DNA of 64,000 nt from Bdellovibrionota bacterium (GTDB lineage: Bacteria > Bdellovibrionota > UBA1018 > CAIPTA01 > JAALKR01): positions 1,568,001 to 1,632,000 of the forward strand of contig CBDBMJ010000001.1 in the NCBI GenBank assembly GCA_965207455.1. Direction: 5' to 3'. The notes under the pieces were generated by a model. It was not told the DNA's origin. It did no database searches and worked only from the letters and a program-made list of their open reading frames with translations. Both the position numbers and the translations under genes were made by a program. Positions 1 to 10,142 of the stretch are shown here, piece by piece; within the stretch, counting starts at the first letter, position 1, and each line of letters begins with the position of its first letter.

Positions 1-586
1 CTTCACTACAAGTAATACTAGAGCTATCTCCAGAACCGGTAAGCCCAGAAGAAACTAAATAAAAGTTAGTACATGAGTATTCATAGATTTTCACTATATT
101 GGTTTGGGGAATATCTTCTAAAACATCGGAAAGAGATGTTTCCTCTTGCATTCGAATAAGGCTGGATTTTCTTGTTCCACTCGTAGTTTGTATTTGTATA
201 AAATCCATTGACCTCAATTCAGATTCTGCGTCATTAAGAGTACAGGTGAGAAAGTTACTTGAAGAATTATAGGATATGTTCTTTGTTATGCTGGGCTGAC
301 CTGGGCTGGACTCTTTATAAAAAGCACAAACGCAGCCACTGCCGCTTGCGCCGCAGTTATTGCTATAACGAGCGGCACTGGAGCGATCCGTTCCTTGAAC
401 ACGGACTGTAAGGATACGGTCGATTTGTTCCTTTAATGCAAATCGTATAAAAAAGGAGTTAGTCCCTGTGCTGGGACTTTCTCCACCTAGATCCACTGCT
501 CCCAATCTTTTAGGTTCGGTGGCAGAACAGGACCAAGTGATGGAAATTATTATAACGAGGGATATGGTGTAGAATATGTGTCGCAA
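1..586 (-). CDS. Cys-rich predicted lipoprotein (partial, runs off the left edge)
   Basis: Not in ORF track. Hand translation from TTG at 586, preceded by AAAGGAG: MRHIFYTISLVIIISITWSC-SATEPK..., lipobox-like ITWSC, frame open to position 1, several Cys (NCGASGSGCVC, LTC, YSC, ITC). Confidence 0.7.
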   Translation of the reverse strand, partial: MRHIFYTISLVIIISITWSCSATEPKRLGAVDLGGESPSTGTNSFFIRFALKEQIDRILTVRVQGTDRSSAARYSNNCGASGSGCVCAFYKESSPGQPSITKNISYNSSSNFLTCTLNDAESELRSMDFIQIQTTSGTRKSSLIRMQEETSLSDVLEDIPQTNIVKIYEYSCTNFYLVSSGLTGSGDSSSITCSE

Positions 587-636
587 AAAAACTCCTTTGT
601 TTAACTATAGCAAAAGAACAAATATTTCACCATTTT

Positions 637-2715
637 CTATTTCCCGCCATGAAGAGCTCCCAGCATAATGTTTACGGTAAGTAGCTGAGGTAGGACCTGT
701 GGCACCATGCTCTCCGGGTGATACACTAAGTATAGGGGCACTCCAAATCGACCATGCTTCGCTAGAGCTTTTGTAATGACAGGATCCCTACTCGTCCAGT
801 CGGCTAACAGAGTATGGACATTTTCTTTTTTGAATATTTCTTGCACTCTTTTGGACTGGAAGACTAATTTTTCATTCACCTTGCAAGTAAAACACCAGGC
901 TGCAGTGAAATTTACGAAAATAATCTTTCTCTCCGACTGTAGTTTTTCAACTAACTCTGGAGAAAAGGTTTCCCATGAGATAGCGTTTTTTGCCTGTTTT
1001 GTTTTTGCCAGATCCGTTTTTTGGGGTGGCTCAAATGTTTGGTTCAAGGCCAACCAAAAACTCAAAACTAAGAGCAGTCCCGTAAGTATTATTTGCATTT
1101 TTGATCCAGTATTGATTTTTTTTCCTACCCACAAAGACATCACAAAAAACAATAAACCAAGAAGAGTATAGGCATACTGACCCACAGTTATTTGTTGGGA
1201 AAGAACCCATCCGAGCCAAATACACGCTGCCAGCAGAGGAAAGGCAAGGAATTCTTTTAAATTGTCCATCCATGGTCCTGGTTTGGGCAGGAGACGACCA
1301 GCACTGGGCCAAAGGCTAAATAAAAAATAAGGGAGTGCCATGCCTAGAGCAAGAAAAGTGAAAATAAGAATGGTAACCGATGGAGGTTGGGTGAGAGCCA
1401 CGCCCATGGCAGTACCCATAAAAGGAGCCGTACAGGGTGTGGCCACCACTACGGCAAGAACACCGGTGAAAAAAGAAGTTCTCCATTGAGAACCTTGCAC
1501 ATACTTAGAGCCAAGACCCATGAACTGACCGCTAAAGGAAAAAAAGCCTAAGAGATTTAATCCCATGGCAAAGAAGAGAAACATCAATAGGATTAAAAAT
1601 GGAGGGGATTGGAGTTGGAATCCCCAGCCCAATTGTTCTCCTCCTGCCCGGAGTAGGAGTAGAACAGAAGCAAGCCCAATAAAAGTGGTGAGCACACCTA
1701 GGCTATAGGCCACTCCCTGTGTATACACTGTTTTATGTTCTTCTTTTAAAAATCCCAGCACCTTTAGGGCAAGCACGGGAAACACACAAGGCATAAAGTT
1801 GAGTAGCAATCCGCCCAAAAAGGCAAATAGAAGTATTTTCCAAGACCAAATGGCTTTTTCTTCCACGAAACCTTGTAAGGAGTAAGCAATGACCTCCTTG
1901 GAGTGGCGGGCTACCAATACCCCTTCAAAGGACTTGGGTTTATGTTGCCCTGTCATTTCAAAAGTTAAATGAATAGCATCCTTTGTTTTTTTTATGACAG
2001 GAGGACGGGTGTTTTTTATCATCCCCGGAGTAAGAGGGAAAAACTCAATACTCCAATCGTCTTTTTGATCTTTGTTTTTGTATAGAATGCGCTTGTCCAC
2101 CTCCAAATGAAGGGAGGTGCCACCTTGATGGTATTGGAAGAATTTCTGATCCACGGGTTGGGGCAAGCGTTGGAGAAAATACTCAAAAGAAGGTTGTTTT
2201 TTTTTATCCCATTGGAGAGATTTGTTGCTCACAGGTAGGGTGAGGCTAAGCTTCCCTTCCTCTGGAATACAAATATCTTCGCAAACTAACCATTTTACTT
2301 GGGCGTGAAGGGTGCGACTGCTTGGGGACGCAGAAGAAGAGGGAACACTGATACGAGTAAAAAGAAAAACCTCCTCATGGTAACCAAAGTCCATAAAGGA
2401 GAAACTGGATATACGATTGGGAAGGGGCCAGTGTATTTCTGAGGCTTTAAATCCTTTGGGCAAGATCCATTGTATTCTTGTGGGCAACCCCGAGTCGCCG
2501 GGGTTTTTCCAATAGGTGTGCCACTTGGAACTAATTACTAGGCGTAGAGCAACCCAGGTTTGGGTGCCTGGCTTCCAGTGCGTGTGCTGAGGGATGAGTT
2601 GCGCCTGAAGATGAGGGGTGATTACAGTGTTGGATGCACTATCCGCTGAGTTGGGAAAAATAAAAAGGAAAAAAAATAAATACCAGATCTGTCGTTTATG
2701 GTTATCCACACTCAC
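637..2715 (-). CDS. dsbD: Protein-disulfide reductase DsbD family (N-terminal DsbD domain, TM domain, thioredoxin)
   Basis: WHTYWKNPGDSG and LVCEDICIP (N-domain Cys pair), MPCVFP and TPCTAP (TM Cys), C-terminal FTAAWCFTCKVNE thioredoxin motif. Exact start uncertain. Confidence 0.9.
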   Translation of the reverse strand: MSVDNHKRQIWYLFFFLFIFPNSADSASNTVITPHLQAQLIPQHTHWKPGTQTWVALRLVISSKWHTYWKNPGDSGLPTRIQWILPKGFKASEIHWPLPNRISSFSFMDFGYHEEVFLFTRISVPSSSASPSSRTLHAQVKWLVCEDICIPEEGKLSLTLPVSNKSLQWDKKKQPSFEYFLQRLPQPVDQKFFQYHQGGTSLHLEVDKRILYKNKDQKDDWSIEFFPLTPGMIKNTRPPVIKKTKDAIHLTFEMTGQHKPKSFEGVLVARHSKEVIAYSLQGFVEEKAIWSWKILLFAFLGGLLLNFMPCVFPVLALKVLGFLKEEHKTVYTQGVAYSLGVLTTFIGLASVLLLLRAGGEQLGWGFQLQSPPFLILLMFLFFAMGLNLLGFFSFSGQFMGLGSKYVQGSQWRTSFFTGVLAVVVATPCTAPFMGTAMGVALTQPPSVTILIFTFLALGMALPYFLFSLWPSAGRLLPKPGPWMDNLKEFLAFPLLAACIWLGWVLSQQITVGQYAYTLLGLLFFVMSLWVGKKINTGSKMQIILTGLLLVLSFWLALNQTFEPPQKTDLAKTKQAKNAISWETFSPELVEKLQSERKIIFVNFTAAWCFTCKVNEKLVFQSKRVQEIFKKENVHTLLADWTSRDPVITKALAKHGRFGVPLYLVYHPESMVPQVLPQLLTVNIMLGALHGGK

Positions 2716-2728
2716 ATGTTATCATTAA

Positions 2729-2926
2729 GTGATGAAAGCGCCCAACTGTTTTGTTTGCAAGTACTTCTACCTTACATATGAGCTGCCGTTTACAAGAGGT
2801 TGTAGTAAACTGGAATTTAAATCGGCTCTAATACCCTCCCAAGATGTGTATCGAAGTTCTGGAAAGCATTGTCCTGCGTTTGAGAAAAAGAAAAAAAAGG
2901 ATCAGAGGTCTCGCTCAAAGGTCTAG
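2729..2926 (+). CDS. Small conserved four-Cys protein of unknown function
   Basis: NCFVCKYFYLTY...GC...FKS..PS..VY.SSG..C..F matches a widespread ~55-aa family (CxxC...GC...SG..C), recalled as often loosely labelled 'uracil-DNA glycosylase'. Confidence 0.7.
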   Translation: MMKAPNCFVCKYFYLTYELPFTRGCSKLEFKSALIPSQDVYRSSGKHCPAFEKKKKKDQRSRSKV

Positions 2927-4252
2927 CATTTTTTCTGGCGTATAGATACGTAGAATTTGCTTGGTCTGTTCATACCGTCGGAACAGTTCCGTAAAATTTG
3001 CCAGTGGTACAAACTCCACCTTATTGGTTCGGTTTCCTACGCGCACATAAATTTCCGAATCTTTTCTTTTTTCCGCACTCAATCCAGCATATTTAGACAG
3101 AGGACCTCGGCTAAGGGTTTCAATATAATCAACCCCCCTGTCCTTTAGTTTTTTCCTCAAACCAAGTACGTCTGGATTTTCCTCCAGTGGACCTTCGTCG
3201 TATGTGGTGCTGTGAATCTCTAGGCTTAGGTGGTAGGGTTTTCGTTCAGCCACACGCTTTGCCCAAGGGTTGTCCAGTCGTTGATTGAGATGGTGATATA
3301 GGTGATAGTCGTTATAGACAATGTATTTTTCTATATCTGTTGGGATGATGTAGGTACTGTCCGGAGAATTAAAATAGCGCTTTAAGAGTTTTTCCGTAAT
3401 CACGGACTTATAGTGGTAATAAACCATAAGGAACATGTGGTAACGGGAGAGTAAAAAATCCTCAAACGTATAGATGGCTTTACTGGAAAGGGCCAAGTGA
3501 GCAATACCTCTTGTACTATCACTTTCTTTTTCAAAAGTAGTGTGAAAGCTTAGGTTGGAGAGAAGCCAATTGGAATCGTAGTGACCGTAGCTAGCCCCCG
3601 TATAGTAAGAATCCCGTTTAAGGTAATCCATACGATCAGCGTCGATCTCACTGGAGATGATTTGATGGAGGAGCTTTCGGAAATTCACATTATTATCTAT
3701 AAAAAAATTGTCCTGTTCTTTTTGCTCCATGGAAATGGTGGCAGCAATGTGGTGGGGTTCTATTCCAAACCGTTTATGGGAACGCTTCAATACGTCGCTA
3801 AGGGAACTGTCTAAAACAATTTTTAAGGTATAGTCTTCATGGGTGGCCCTGCGGTTTGTTTTTTCACCTAGGCCCAGTGCCTTGGCCTCAGGCATGGCAA
3901 ACTCTGTGGTGTGGGAAAGGGGACCGTGACCCACATCGTGCAGTAGGGCTGAAACCCGAACCAGAAAATAAAATCGCCAAAAGACATCCGTCGATGAAAA
4001 CTCATGGTTGCGGAAAATTTCTTGGAACGCTTTTCCTGCCACACACATGGTGCCAATACTATGGGTGAAGCGGGTGTGGGTGGCACAAGGGTAGGCCAGT
4101 TCCGCAAACCCCAGTTGGTGAATGTGGCGCAAGCGTTGGAAAAAAGGATCCTCTACAACGGCTAGCTCCCAGGGAAGCACTTCAATGGATCCGTGGATTA
4201 CATCACGAATTTCCATTTTTGGCTCTTTGTTATATGGATAGTTTACGTCCAT
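2915..4252 (-). CDS. HD-domain dNTP triphosphohydrolase-like protein (SAMHD1/YwfO-like)
   Basis: IRDVIHG, FQRLRHIHQLG, HTRFTHSIG, ALLHDVGHGPLSH, IDADRMDYL, R..MFLMVYYH motifs. Start may be the ATG at 4216 (MEIRD). Confidence 0.88.
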   Translation of the reverse strand: MDVNYPYNKEPKMEIRDVIHGSIEVLPWELAVVEDPFFQRLRHIHQLGFAELAYPCATHTRFTHSIGTMCVAGKAFQEIFRNHEFSSTDVFWRFYFLVRVSALLHDVGHGPLSHTTEFAMPEAKALGLGEKTNRRATHEDYTLKIVLDSSLSDVLKRSHKRFGIEPHHIAATISMEQKEQDNFFIDNNVNFRKLLHQIISSEIDADRMDYLKRDSYYTGASYGHYDSNWLLSNLSFHTTFEKESDSTRGIAHLALSSKAIYTFEDFLLSRYHMFLMVYYHYKSVITEKLLKRYFNSPDSTYIIPTDIEKYIVYNDYHLYHHLNQRLDNPWAKRVAERKPYHLSLEIHSTTYDEGPLEENPDVLGLRKKLKDRGVDYIETLSRGPLSKYAGLSAEKRKDSEIYVRVGNRTNKVEFVPLANFTELFRRYEQTKQILRIYTPEKMLDL

Positions 4253-4821
4253 TTTGTTTCCTCTACATGGGCTTGGTGATTGATATAACGGGAAAATACA
4301 AAAAGGGCATCGGCTAGACGATTTAAGTATTGAATCACTAGGGGAGGCACGTCCTCTCCGCTATTCATAAGGAGCACACATTCTCGCTCCGCTTGCCTAC
4401 AAACAGTGCGTGCATGGTGGGCGTGGGCAGCAGCCTCAGTTCCTCCAGGAAGAATAAAAAATCGCAAAGGCTCCAGCTTACTTTCCCATTCGTCTATGGT
4501 GGCTTCCATTTCTGTTATTTCCTTAGGGGAGATGGAAAGTTTTGCCATGGTTTCATTTCCCCAAGGTTCCTTTCCTTCGATGATATTTTTACAAGCCTTG
4601 GGACTGCTCAACCAAGAAGCCAGGGCAAAGAGATCCTGCTGTACTTTTTTCGTCCATGCTTGGAGTTTGGGACAAGTGAGGTGGACATTCACAATACCCA
4701 GCAAGGAATTTAATTGATCCAAGGTGCCGTAGGTTCGCACCCGTGGATGGTCCTTGGAAACCCTAAATCCGTCACAAAGGGAGGTTTTTCCCGTATCGCC
4801 AGAACGTGTATAAATCTTCAT
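4243..4821 (-). CDS. ATP:cob(I)alamin adenosyltransferase, PduO type
   Basis: MKIYTRSGDTGKTSL, YGTLDQLNS, FILPGG, ARTVCRQAER, YLNRLADALF. Confidence 0.92.
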   Translation of the reverse strand: MKIYTRSGDTGKTSLCDGFRVSKDHPRVRTYGTLDQLNSLLGIVNVHLTCPKLQAWTKKVQQDLFALASWLSSPKACKNIIEGKEPWGNETMAKLSISPKEITEMEATIDEWESKLEPLRFFILPGGTEAAAHAHHARTVCRQAERECVLLMNSGEDVPPLVIQYLNRLADALFVFSRYINHQAHVEETKWT

Positions 4822-4938
4822 AGCCTCTTTTAACCCAGCACGGCTCTCTCAACAAGGTGAAAAATCCCTGTCGGCTGGGCGCATTATCCGCTTTTCCTCT
4901 GGTGCGCGTGGGAAAACTAGATCCTAAGAAGCTCTTTA

Positions 4939-7197
4939 ATGGAGCCGCTGAAGTGCTATACTAAACCTATGCAGGCGCAGGACTGGACCCATAAAATTCA
5001 TGAATCCATTGCTAAGGAGTACTCCCAGCAGCAGCGCATTTTATCCTTTGACGAATACATGCTTTTTTTAGGGAAGAATCCCCAACAGCAGGTTCGTTCC
5101 AGTGCTCAGTATATTGTGGATATGATGAACTATTTTGGCAGAACCGATGATCGTTTTAATATTTTCGACCAGAAATTTACTGATTCCCGCTTTAAGCTCA
5201 TTGGTTTAGAGGAGGTTCAGCAAAAAATTTATGCCATTCTCCAGAGTTTTATTCGGGAAGGTATGAACAATAAGTTGATTCTTCTCCATGGACCCAATGG
5301 CAGTGCAAAGAGTTCTTTAATCACTTGCCTTATGCGCGGTTTGGAGGAGTATTCCCATAAGCCTCAAGGAGCCCTCTATCGTTTCCATTGGATTTTTCCC
5401 GTGGATAAGTATGGAAAGTCGGCGTTGGGTTTTGGAAAAAATACGGACAGGGAGCAATACAGTTCCAACACCTACGCTAAATTAGAGGGCGACGATATAG
5501 CAGCACGCATTTCCTGTGACCTAAAGGATCACCCCTTGTTTCTCATTCCCCGGGAGGAACGAAAGGATCTTGTGAACTCTCTCCTTGAAAACAAGGAAAA
5601 TGGCAAGGAAGAGAGGTTCCATGTTTCCGAATATATTTTAAAGGGAGACCTTTCCCACAAGTCTCGACTTATTTACGAAGCTCTTCTCCAGAGTTATAAG
5701 GGGGATTACAGTAAGGTTTTAAAACATATACAGGTGGAGCGTTTTTATATTTCCAAGCGCTATCGTCAGGGTGCTGTTACTATTGAGCCTCAACTTCAGG
5801 TGGATGCCAATGCTCAGCAAGTTACCATGGATAAGTCCTTTTCCCAATTGCCTGCCTCGCTCCAGTCCTTAAACCTTGTTAATGTGGGCGGAGATCTGGT
5901 CGACGGAAATCGAGGCATGATAGAATACAACGATATTTTAAAGCGACCCATTGAGGCCTTTAAATATCTCATGGGCACCTGTGAGTCGGGCACTATCAAC
6001 GTGGCAGGAACAACTGTTTTCTTAGACGGTCTTATGATTGGCACCTGTAATGAACTCCAGTTGGATGGGTTTAAAGAGTATCCAGATTTCATGAGTTTTA
6101 AGGCTCGAATGGAGTTGGTGCGAGTTCCCTATTTATTGACTATTCAAGAAGAAAAGGAAATTTATAGCACACAAATATCTCGAGTAGCTGGTGATCACCA
6201 TGTGGCACCCCATACGTTGGAGCTGGCTGCTATTTGGGCCATACTTTGTCGTATGAAAAAACCCAATCCTGGAAATTACCCAGGTAACTTAGCCTATTTA
6301 TTTAACGGTCTTACTCCTTGGAATAAGGCTTGTTTATACAACGGAGAAAAGGTGCCCAGCACTTTTTCAGAGGAAGATAAGAAACTCCTGCGTTCCAACA
6401 TGGACCTTATCCGCCAGGAGTACAGGAATATCCCTTACTATGAGGGTCGCACAGGTCCCAGCCCCCGGGAGATAAAGCTTATTTTGTTTGATGCTTTAGG
6501 CAGAAGTGAAAATAATATTCTCTCCCCCTTGGGTTTATTTTCCGCATTAACCGATTTTGTAAAGCATACCTCTGAGTATGAATTTTTAAGGGAGAGTGCC
6601 ACGGCAGGATACCACGATGCTGTAGCCTTTATTGATAAAATCGAAGATATTTACCTGAACTTGATCGATGATGAAGTCCGCAGCAGCCTGGGCATGTACG
6701 ATGAAAAACAATTTTCCCAATTCCTTGAGAAATACATTAACCACGTCTCCCACTTTTTAAAGAAAGAAAAACTAAGAAACCCAAACACAAACCAAATGGA
6801 ATCTCCCGATGAATCCTTAATGGATGAGTTTGAACGGGTGGTGAATATTTCTGAAAATAAGGGAACTTTTCGAGAAAACATTATCACTCAAATTGGAGTG
6901 TACTCCTTAGAAAATCCAGAAGAAACCCCCAAGACTGGGAACAATTATGTGGAAATATTCCCCGCTCTTGTGAAAAAAATGAGAGATTATTATCAAAACG
7001 AACAGAGCAGTCTCCTGCGAAGCACGCACGAGGCCATGGTGGCGTATGTGGTGGACGGAAAACAACCTCAGACAGGGGATCAAAAAGAGGGAGAGCAGTT
7101 AGCACGTACCTTATTGAAAAATATGGAAGAAAGATTCTCCTATACCCCTGTTTCCGCAAGGGAAGCTTTTAGTTATTTAGTTCAAAAACGCAACTAA
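4939..7197 (+). CDS. prkA: PrkA/YeaG-family AAA+ serine protein kinase-like ATPase
   Basis: Walker A LLHGPNGSAKSS, GNRGMIEYNDILK, VAPHTLELAAIWAILCR, EGRTGPSPREIK. Start could be ATG 4969. Confidence 0.85.
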   Translation: MEPLKCYTKPMQAQDWTHKIHESIAKEYSQQQRILSFDEYMLFLGKNPQQQVRSSAQYIVDMMNYFGRTDDRFNIFDQKFTDSRFKLIGLEEVQQKIYAILQSFIREGMNNKLILLHGPNGSAKSSLITCLMRGLEEYSHKPQGALYRFHWIFPVDKYGKSALGFGKNTDREQYSSNTYAKLEGDDIAARISCDLKDHPLFLIPREERKDLVNSLLENKENGKEERFHVSEYILKGDLSHKSRLIYEALLQSYKGDYSKVLKHIQVERFYISKRYRQGAVTIEPQLQVDANAQQVTMDKSFSQLPASLQSLNLVNVGGDLVDGNRGMIEYNDILKRPIEAFKYLMGTCESGTINVAGTTVFLDGLMIGTCNELQLDGFKEYPDFMSFKARMELVRVPYLLTIQEEKEIYSTQISRVAGDHHVAPHTLELAAIWAILCRMKKPNPGNYPGNLAYLFNGLTPWNKACLYNGEKVPSTFSEEDKKLLRSNMDLIRQEYRNIPYYEGRTGPSPREIKLILFDALGRSENNILSPLGLFSALTDFVKHTSEYEFLRESATAGYHDAVAFIDKIEDIYLNLIDDEVRSSLGMYDEKQFSQFLEKYINHVSHFLKKEKLRNPNTNQMESPDESLMDEFERVVNISENKGTFRENIITQIGVYSLENPEETPKTGNNYVEIFPALVKKMRDYYQNEQSSLLRSTHEAMVAYVVDGKQPQTGDQKEGEQLARTLLKNMEERFSYTPVSAREAFSYLVQKRN

Positions 7198-7219
7198 TTA
7201 TGGTAGAGTTCACTTCTGA

Positions 7220-8224
7220 ATGAGTAGAGATTTCGAGATCACAGAAGACACCTTCCTCACAAAATGGGGAGTGGAGCCGTATGACGAAGGCCAACGTCTG
7301 GACCACTTTTTAAAACAAAAATACCGGAAGCTTTCCAGAGAATACCTTAAAAAATTTATACGAGATGGCAGAGTGCAACTCAATTACAAAATCACAAAGC
7401 CCAGTAGGATTTTAAAAAATCAAGACAAGGTATATGTACTCACAGTACGGGGAAAAGAGCCGGAAGTGGATTTAGCCTATACGGTGATCTATGAGGACGA
7501 TACCCTTTTGATAATAAACAAGCCGGGGAATTTGCCTGTGCACCCAACGGGGCGATTTTTTTTCAACACCCTTCTTACCCGTCTACGAATCGTGGGCAAG
7601 AATGAGATTGATCAAGATAAGAAATTTTATATTGTCCACCGACTGGATAGGGAAACTAGCGGCGTTCTTGCCATTGGAAAAACAAAAGAAGGTTGTGCTA
7701 ACTTAGTGGACCAGTTCTTTGAACGTCAGCCGAAAAAAGAATATTTGGCCATCGTGTGCGGACGAATGACAAAGGATGAGTATATCGTAGAGGCTCCTTT
7801 GAGGAAAGACCCCTACGCCAGGATTCGTTTAAAAATGCATACCATAGACGTGGGCTCTTCCAGTTTAGAGGAGATGAACGCACTTCCCGCAAAAACTATC
7901 TTTCGAGTGGAAAAGCGTTTCTCTAACTATACCCTCGTACGAGCCATTCCCCATACAGGCAGGCAACACCAAATTCGTGTGCATCTGGATCATTTGGGCT
8001 ATCCCATTGCAGGAGACAAACTCTATGGAAATAGCAACGAGGAATTGTTCCTACAAAACCGACACACTCCCATGAAAATAGAAGTGGAACCCGGAATTTT
8101 TCTTCACCGCCAGGCCCTCCACGCAACAAAACTCAGTCTCCGTCACCCCAAAACAGATGAATGGATGGAGTTTGAAACCGACATTCCAGAAGACATGGCT
8201 AGCTTTCTCGAAAAAGTAAACTAG
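7220..8224 (+). CDS. RluA-family pseudouridine synthase with S4 domain (RluC/RluD-like)
   Basis: GQRLDHFL (S4), INKPGNLPVHP, HRLDRETSG (catalytic Asp), TGRQHQIRVH, PIAGDKLYG. Confidence 0.93.
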   Translation: MSRDFEITEDTFLTKWGVEPYDEGQRLDHFLKQKYRKLSREYLKKFIRDGRVQLNYKITKPSRILKNQDKVYVLTVRGKEPEVDLAYTVIYEDDTLLIINKPGNLPVHPTGRFFFNTLLTRLRIVGKNEIDQDKKFYIVHRLDRETSGVLAIGKTKEGCANLVDQFFERQPKKEYLAIVCGRMTKDEYIVEAPLRKDPYARIRLKMHTIDVGSSSLEEMNALPAKTIFRVEKRFSNYTLVRAIPHTGRQHQIRVHLDHLGYPIAGDKLYGNSNEELFLQNRHTPMKIEVEPGIFLHRQALHATKLSLRHPKTDEWMEFETDIPEDMASFLEKVN

Positions 8225-9024
8225 GATCTATTTTTTAAGATATATTGTATTGCTTCAGCAAAACCCCTGCCACCTTCTTTGCTCGTAATAAAAGTGGGTA
8301 GGTGCTGGAGCCGGGGGAGAAAATTTTTAATATTTGCCACGCCAACGGTTTGGGGGAAAAACTCGAAGAGCGGTTCATCGTTGGGAGAATCTCCAAAATA
8401 AATATATTGCTCCTTAACCGCAGAAAAGTCCTCTTGGAATAATTCTTTTAGCAAAAGTTTGCAGCAACTACATTTGTCATGGTCGCCAAACCAGGCGTTT
8501 ACATGAATGGAACTAATTTTTGCACAGGCCCCAGCTTTTTCAAAATGATCCACAATGGCGTTTATTTTATCGTCGCTAAATGGAGGCACATCCTCGCAAA
8601 AATCAATGGCCATATCCACAGCACGGTAGCCCTGATCACTGGCAACACTAAGGTCTGGGTACTTTTGTTTTAGCTCATAGAAAAGCTTCCAAAGGTTGCG
8701 TTGGTTTTTTTTCCGCTCCTCCTCGTCCTGTAGAAACCGTCTTTGTAGAGAGGTGTTGGGCGCGGCGTCGAAATAAAAATAAAAAGCTCCATTTTCCCCA
8801 ATCACCGCATCCACGGGCCACATGCGCACTAAATGATCCACCCAACCAGCGGGTCGCCCTGTGATAGGAATAACACGAAGGCCAGCCTCTTTTGCGTCCC
8901 AAAGAGCACTGTAGGCCTCCTTGGGTATTTTTCCATCGAGGCTGATGGTGTCGTCAATATCAGAAAAAATACCTTTAAGGTTTTTGCAAACGTCAGGACT
9001 TAACTCTTCCATTGGATCAGGCAC
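8221..9024 (-). CDS. HAD-superfamily IIB hydrolase
   Basis: FSDIDDT (motif I), ITGRP (II), ENGA, GDSPND (IV). Confidence 0.88.
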   Translation of the reverse strand: MPDPMEELSPDVCKNLKGIFSDIDDTISLDGKIPKEAYSALWDAKEAGLRVIPITGRPAGWVDHLVRMWPVDAVIGENGAFYFYFDAAPNTSLQRRFLQDEEERKKNQRNLWKLFYELKQKYPDLSVASDQGYRAVDMAIDFCEDVPPFSDDKINAIVDHFEKAGACAKISSIHVNAWFGDHDKCSCCKLLLKELFQEDFSAVKEQYIYFGDSPNDEPLFEFFPQTVGVANIKNFLPRLQHLPTFITSKEGGRGFAEAIQYILKNRS

Positions 9025-9027
9025 AGT

Positions 9028-9780
9028 CTATTCACCCGAAGAAAAACGCACTCCCATGCCAACGGACACATAGGAGGGAAAATTCACTAGCTCAAGACCT
9101 AATTCTGCCACTGCATACATGTATGCACTAAATTCACCAATAGCTCCAAATAAAACCTGAGAGCCAGTGAAATATCGTCCCGACGATAAAAGTATTTTTA
9201 AGGGAAGGGCACCATAGACCTGAATGGGAAAGGGGAGGTAGTGAGCCTCCAGGCGCTTGTAACCAATCGGTGCTACACCAAACTCCATGGAACTATGAGG
9301 CCTGCTGCCATGGTAAATTCCCAAAAAACTCAATCCCACACCAATTTGCCCAACAGTATCTGGCAGAAGACCAAGTACACTCTGGACACCCAACTGAAAG
9401 CTGCGCTCTTTGTTTTCGTGCTCAAAAATAAATTGGCTATTGGTTGTGTCGCTAAATCCGTACTTTAGGCGTACCCCAAAGCTATCGCCCCCAAGACCTG
9501 TAAGGTTTGTTCTGCCCAGAACCCCCAGACTAAACTCATCCTTATTGGCAAGATTCGACGCGTCAAAAAGAGGGCTCGCCCACGCAAGAGGCCACATAAC
9601 AGGCATCATAAAAGTAAAAAGGAGAAGAGTAAGACAAAGGAGGCGACCGCACCCACAGGGGAAACACCCTTCCTTCAGTTCCCTCCACAAAGGGGAGGCA
9701 GATTTTTTTAACCTTCTATCCACTCTGCTAGTGTAATGGAGCATTTCAAAATGGTCAAATGGCACTTTGAAAGGTTCCAA
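9028..9780 (-). CDS. Hypothetical secreted protein, probably outer-membrane beta-barrel; true start likely downstream
   Basis: Hydrophobic stretch ending PLAWA-SP (signal-peptide-like), then alternating Gly/aromatic beta-strand pattern ending VSVGMGVRF. Confidence 0.5.
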   Translation of the reverse strand: MEPFKVPFDHFEMLHYTSRVDRRLKKSASPLWRELKEGCFPCGCGRLLCLTLLLFTFMMPVMWPLAWASPLFDASNLANKDEFSLGVLGRTNLTGLGGDSFGVRLKYGFSDTTNSQFIFEHENKERSFQLGVQSVLGLLPDTVGQIGVGLSFLGIYHGSRPHSSMEFGVAPIGYKRLEAHYLPFPIQVYGALPLKILLSSGRYFTGSQVLFGAIGEFSAYMYAVAELGLELVNFPSYVSVGMGVRFSSGE

Positions 9781-9824
9781 GGCAGGAAAAAAGTGCTATG
9801 ATTACTTGAATTTTCCTTCTTTGT

Positions 9825-9901
9825 GGTGCCTGTAGCTCAGTCGGTAGAGCATCGGATTGTGATTCCGAGGGTCGTGGGTTCAAGCCCCATCAGGCACCCC
9901 A
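9825..9901 (+). tRNA. tRNA-His (GUG)
   Basis: Acceptor stem GTGCCTG/CAGGCAC, D arm GCTC/GAGC, anticodon arm TCGGA-TTGTGAT-TCCGA, T loop GTTCAAG, encoded CCA. Encoded G-1 (9825) opposite discriminator C (9898) is the His identity element. Confidence 0.97.
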
Positions 9902-10142
9902 CCTAAATAAAGCGAATTGTAAGAAACTGAGATAATGAAATAAACAAAACAAAAACAAGAGTTTGAGTCGAATAACTGGAAAAGCTCGAGTATCTTAAAT
10001 ACACATGAATACAGTTGAAATAAGCCCAATACATGGGTGCAATGTGATTATTAATAATCATGTCTTAGTAAAAAGGTCGGCTGCATTTTTGCTTGTTAGA
10101 ATCTCCCATTTTTTTTTAGAACAAAACAATAAGGAGGTAATT

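Noticed and set aside
2915..4252. HD protein as an anti-phage dNTP-depletion system
   Set aside because: Housekeeping context, overlapping the adenosyltransferase gene, with no defence-island neighbours.
4822..4938. Possible cobalamin riboswitch upstream of the adenosyltransferase
   Set aside because: Some pairing potential (TTTTCC/GGAAAA, GCGCA/TGCGC), but no B12-box or other core motifs, and the space is short.
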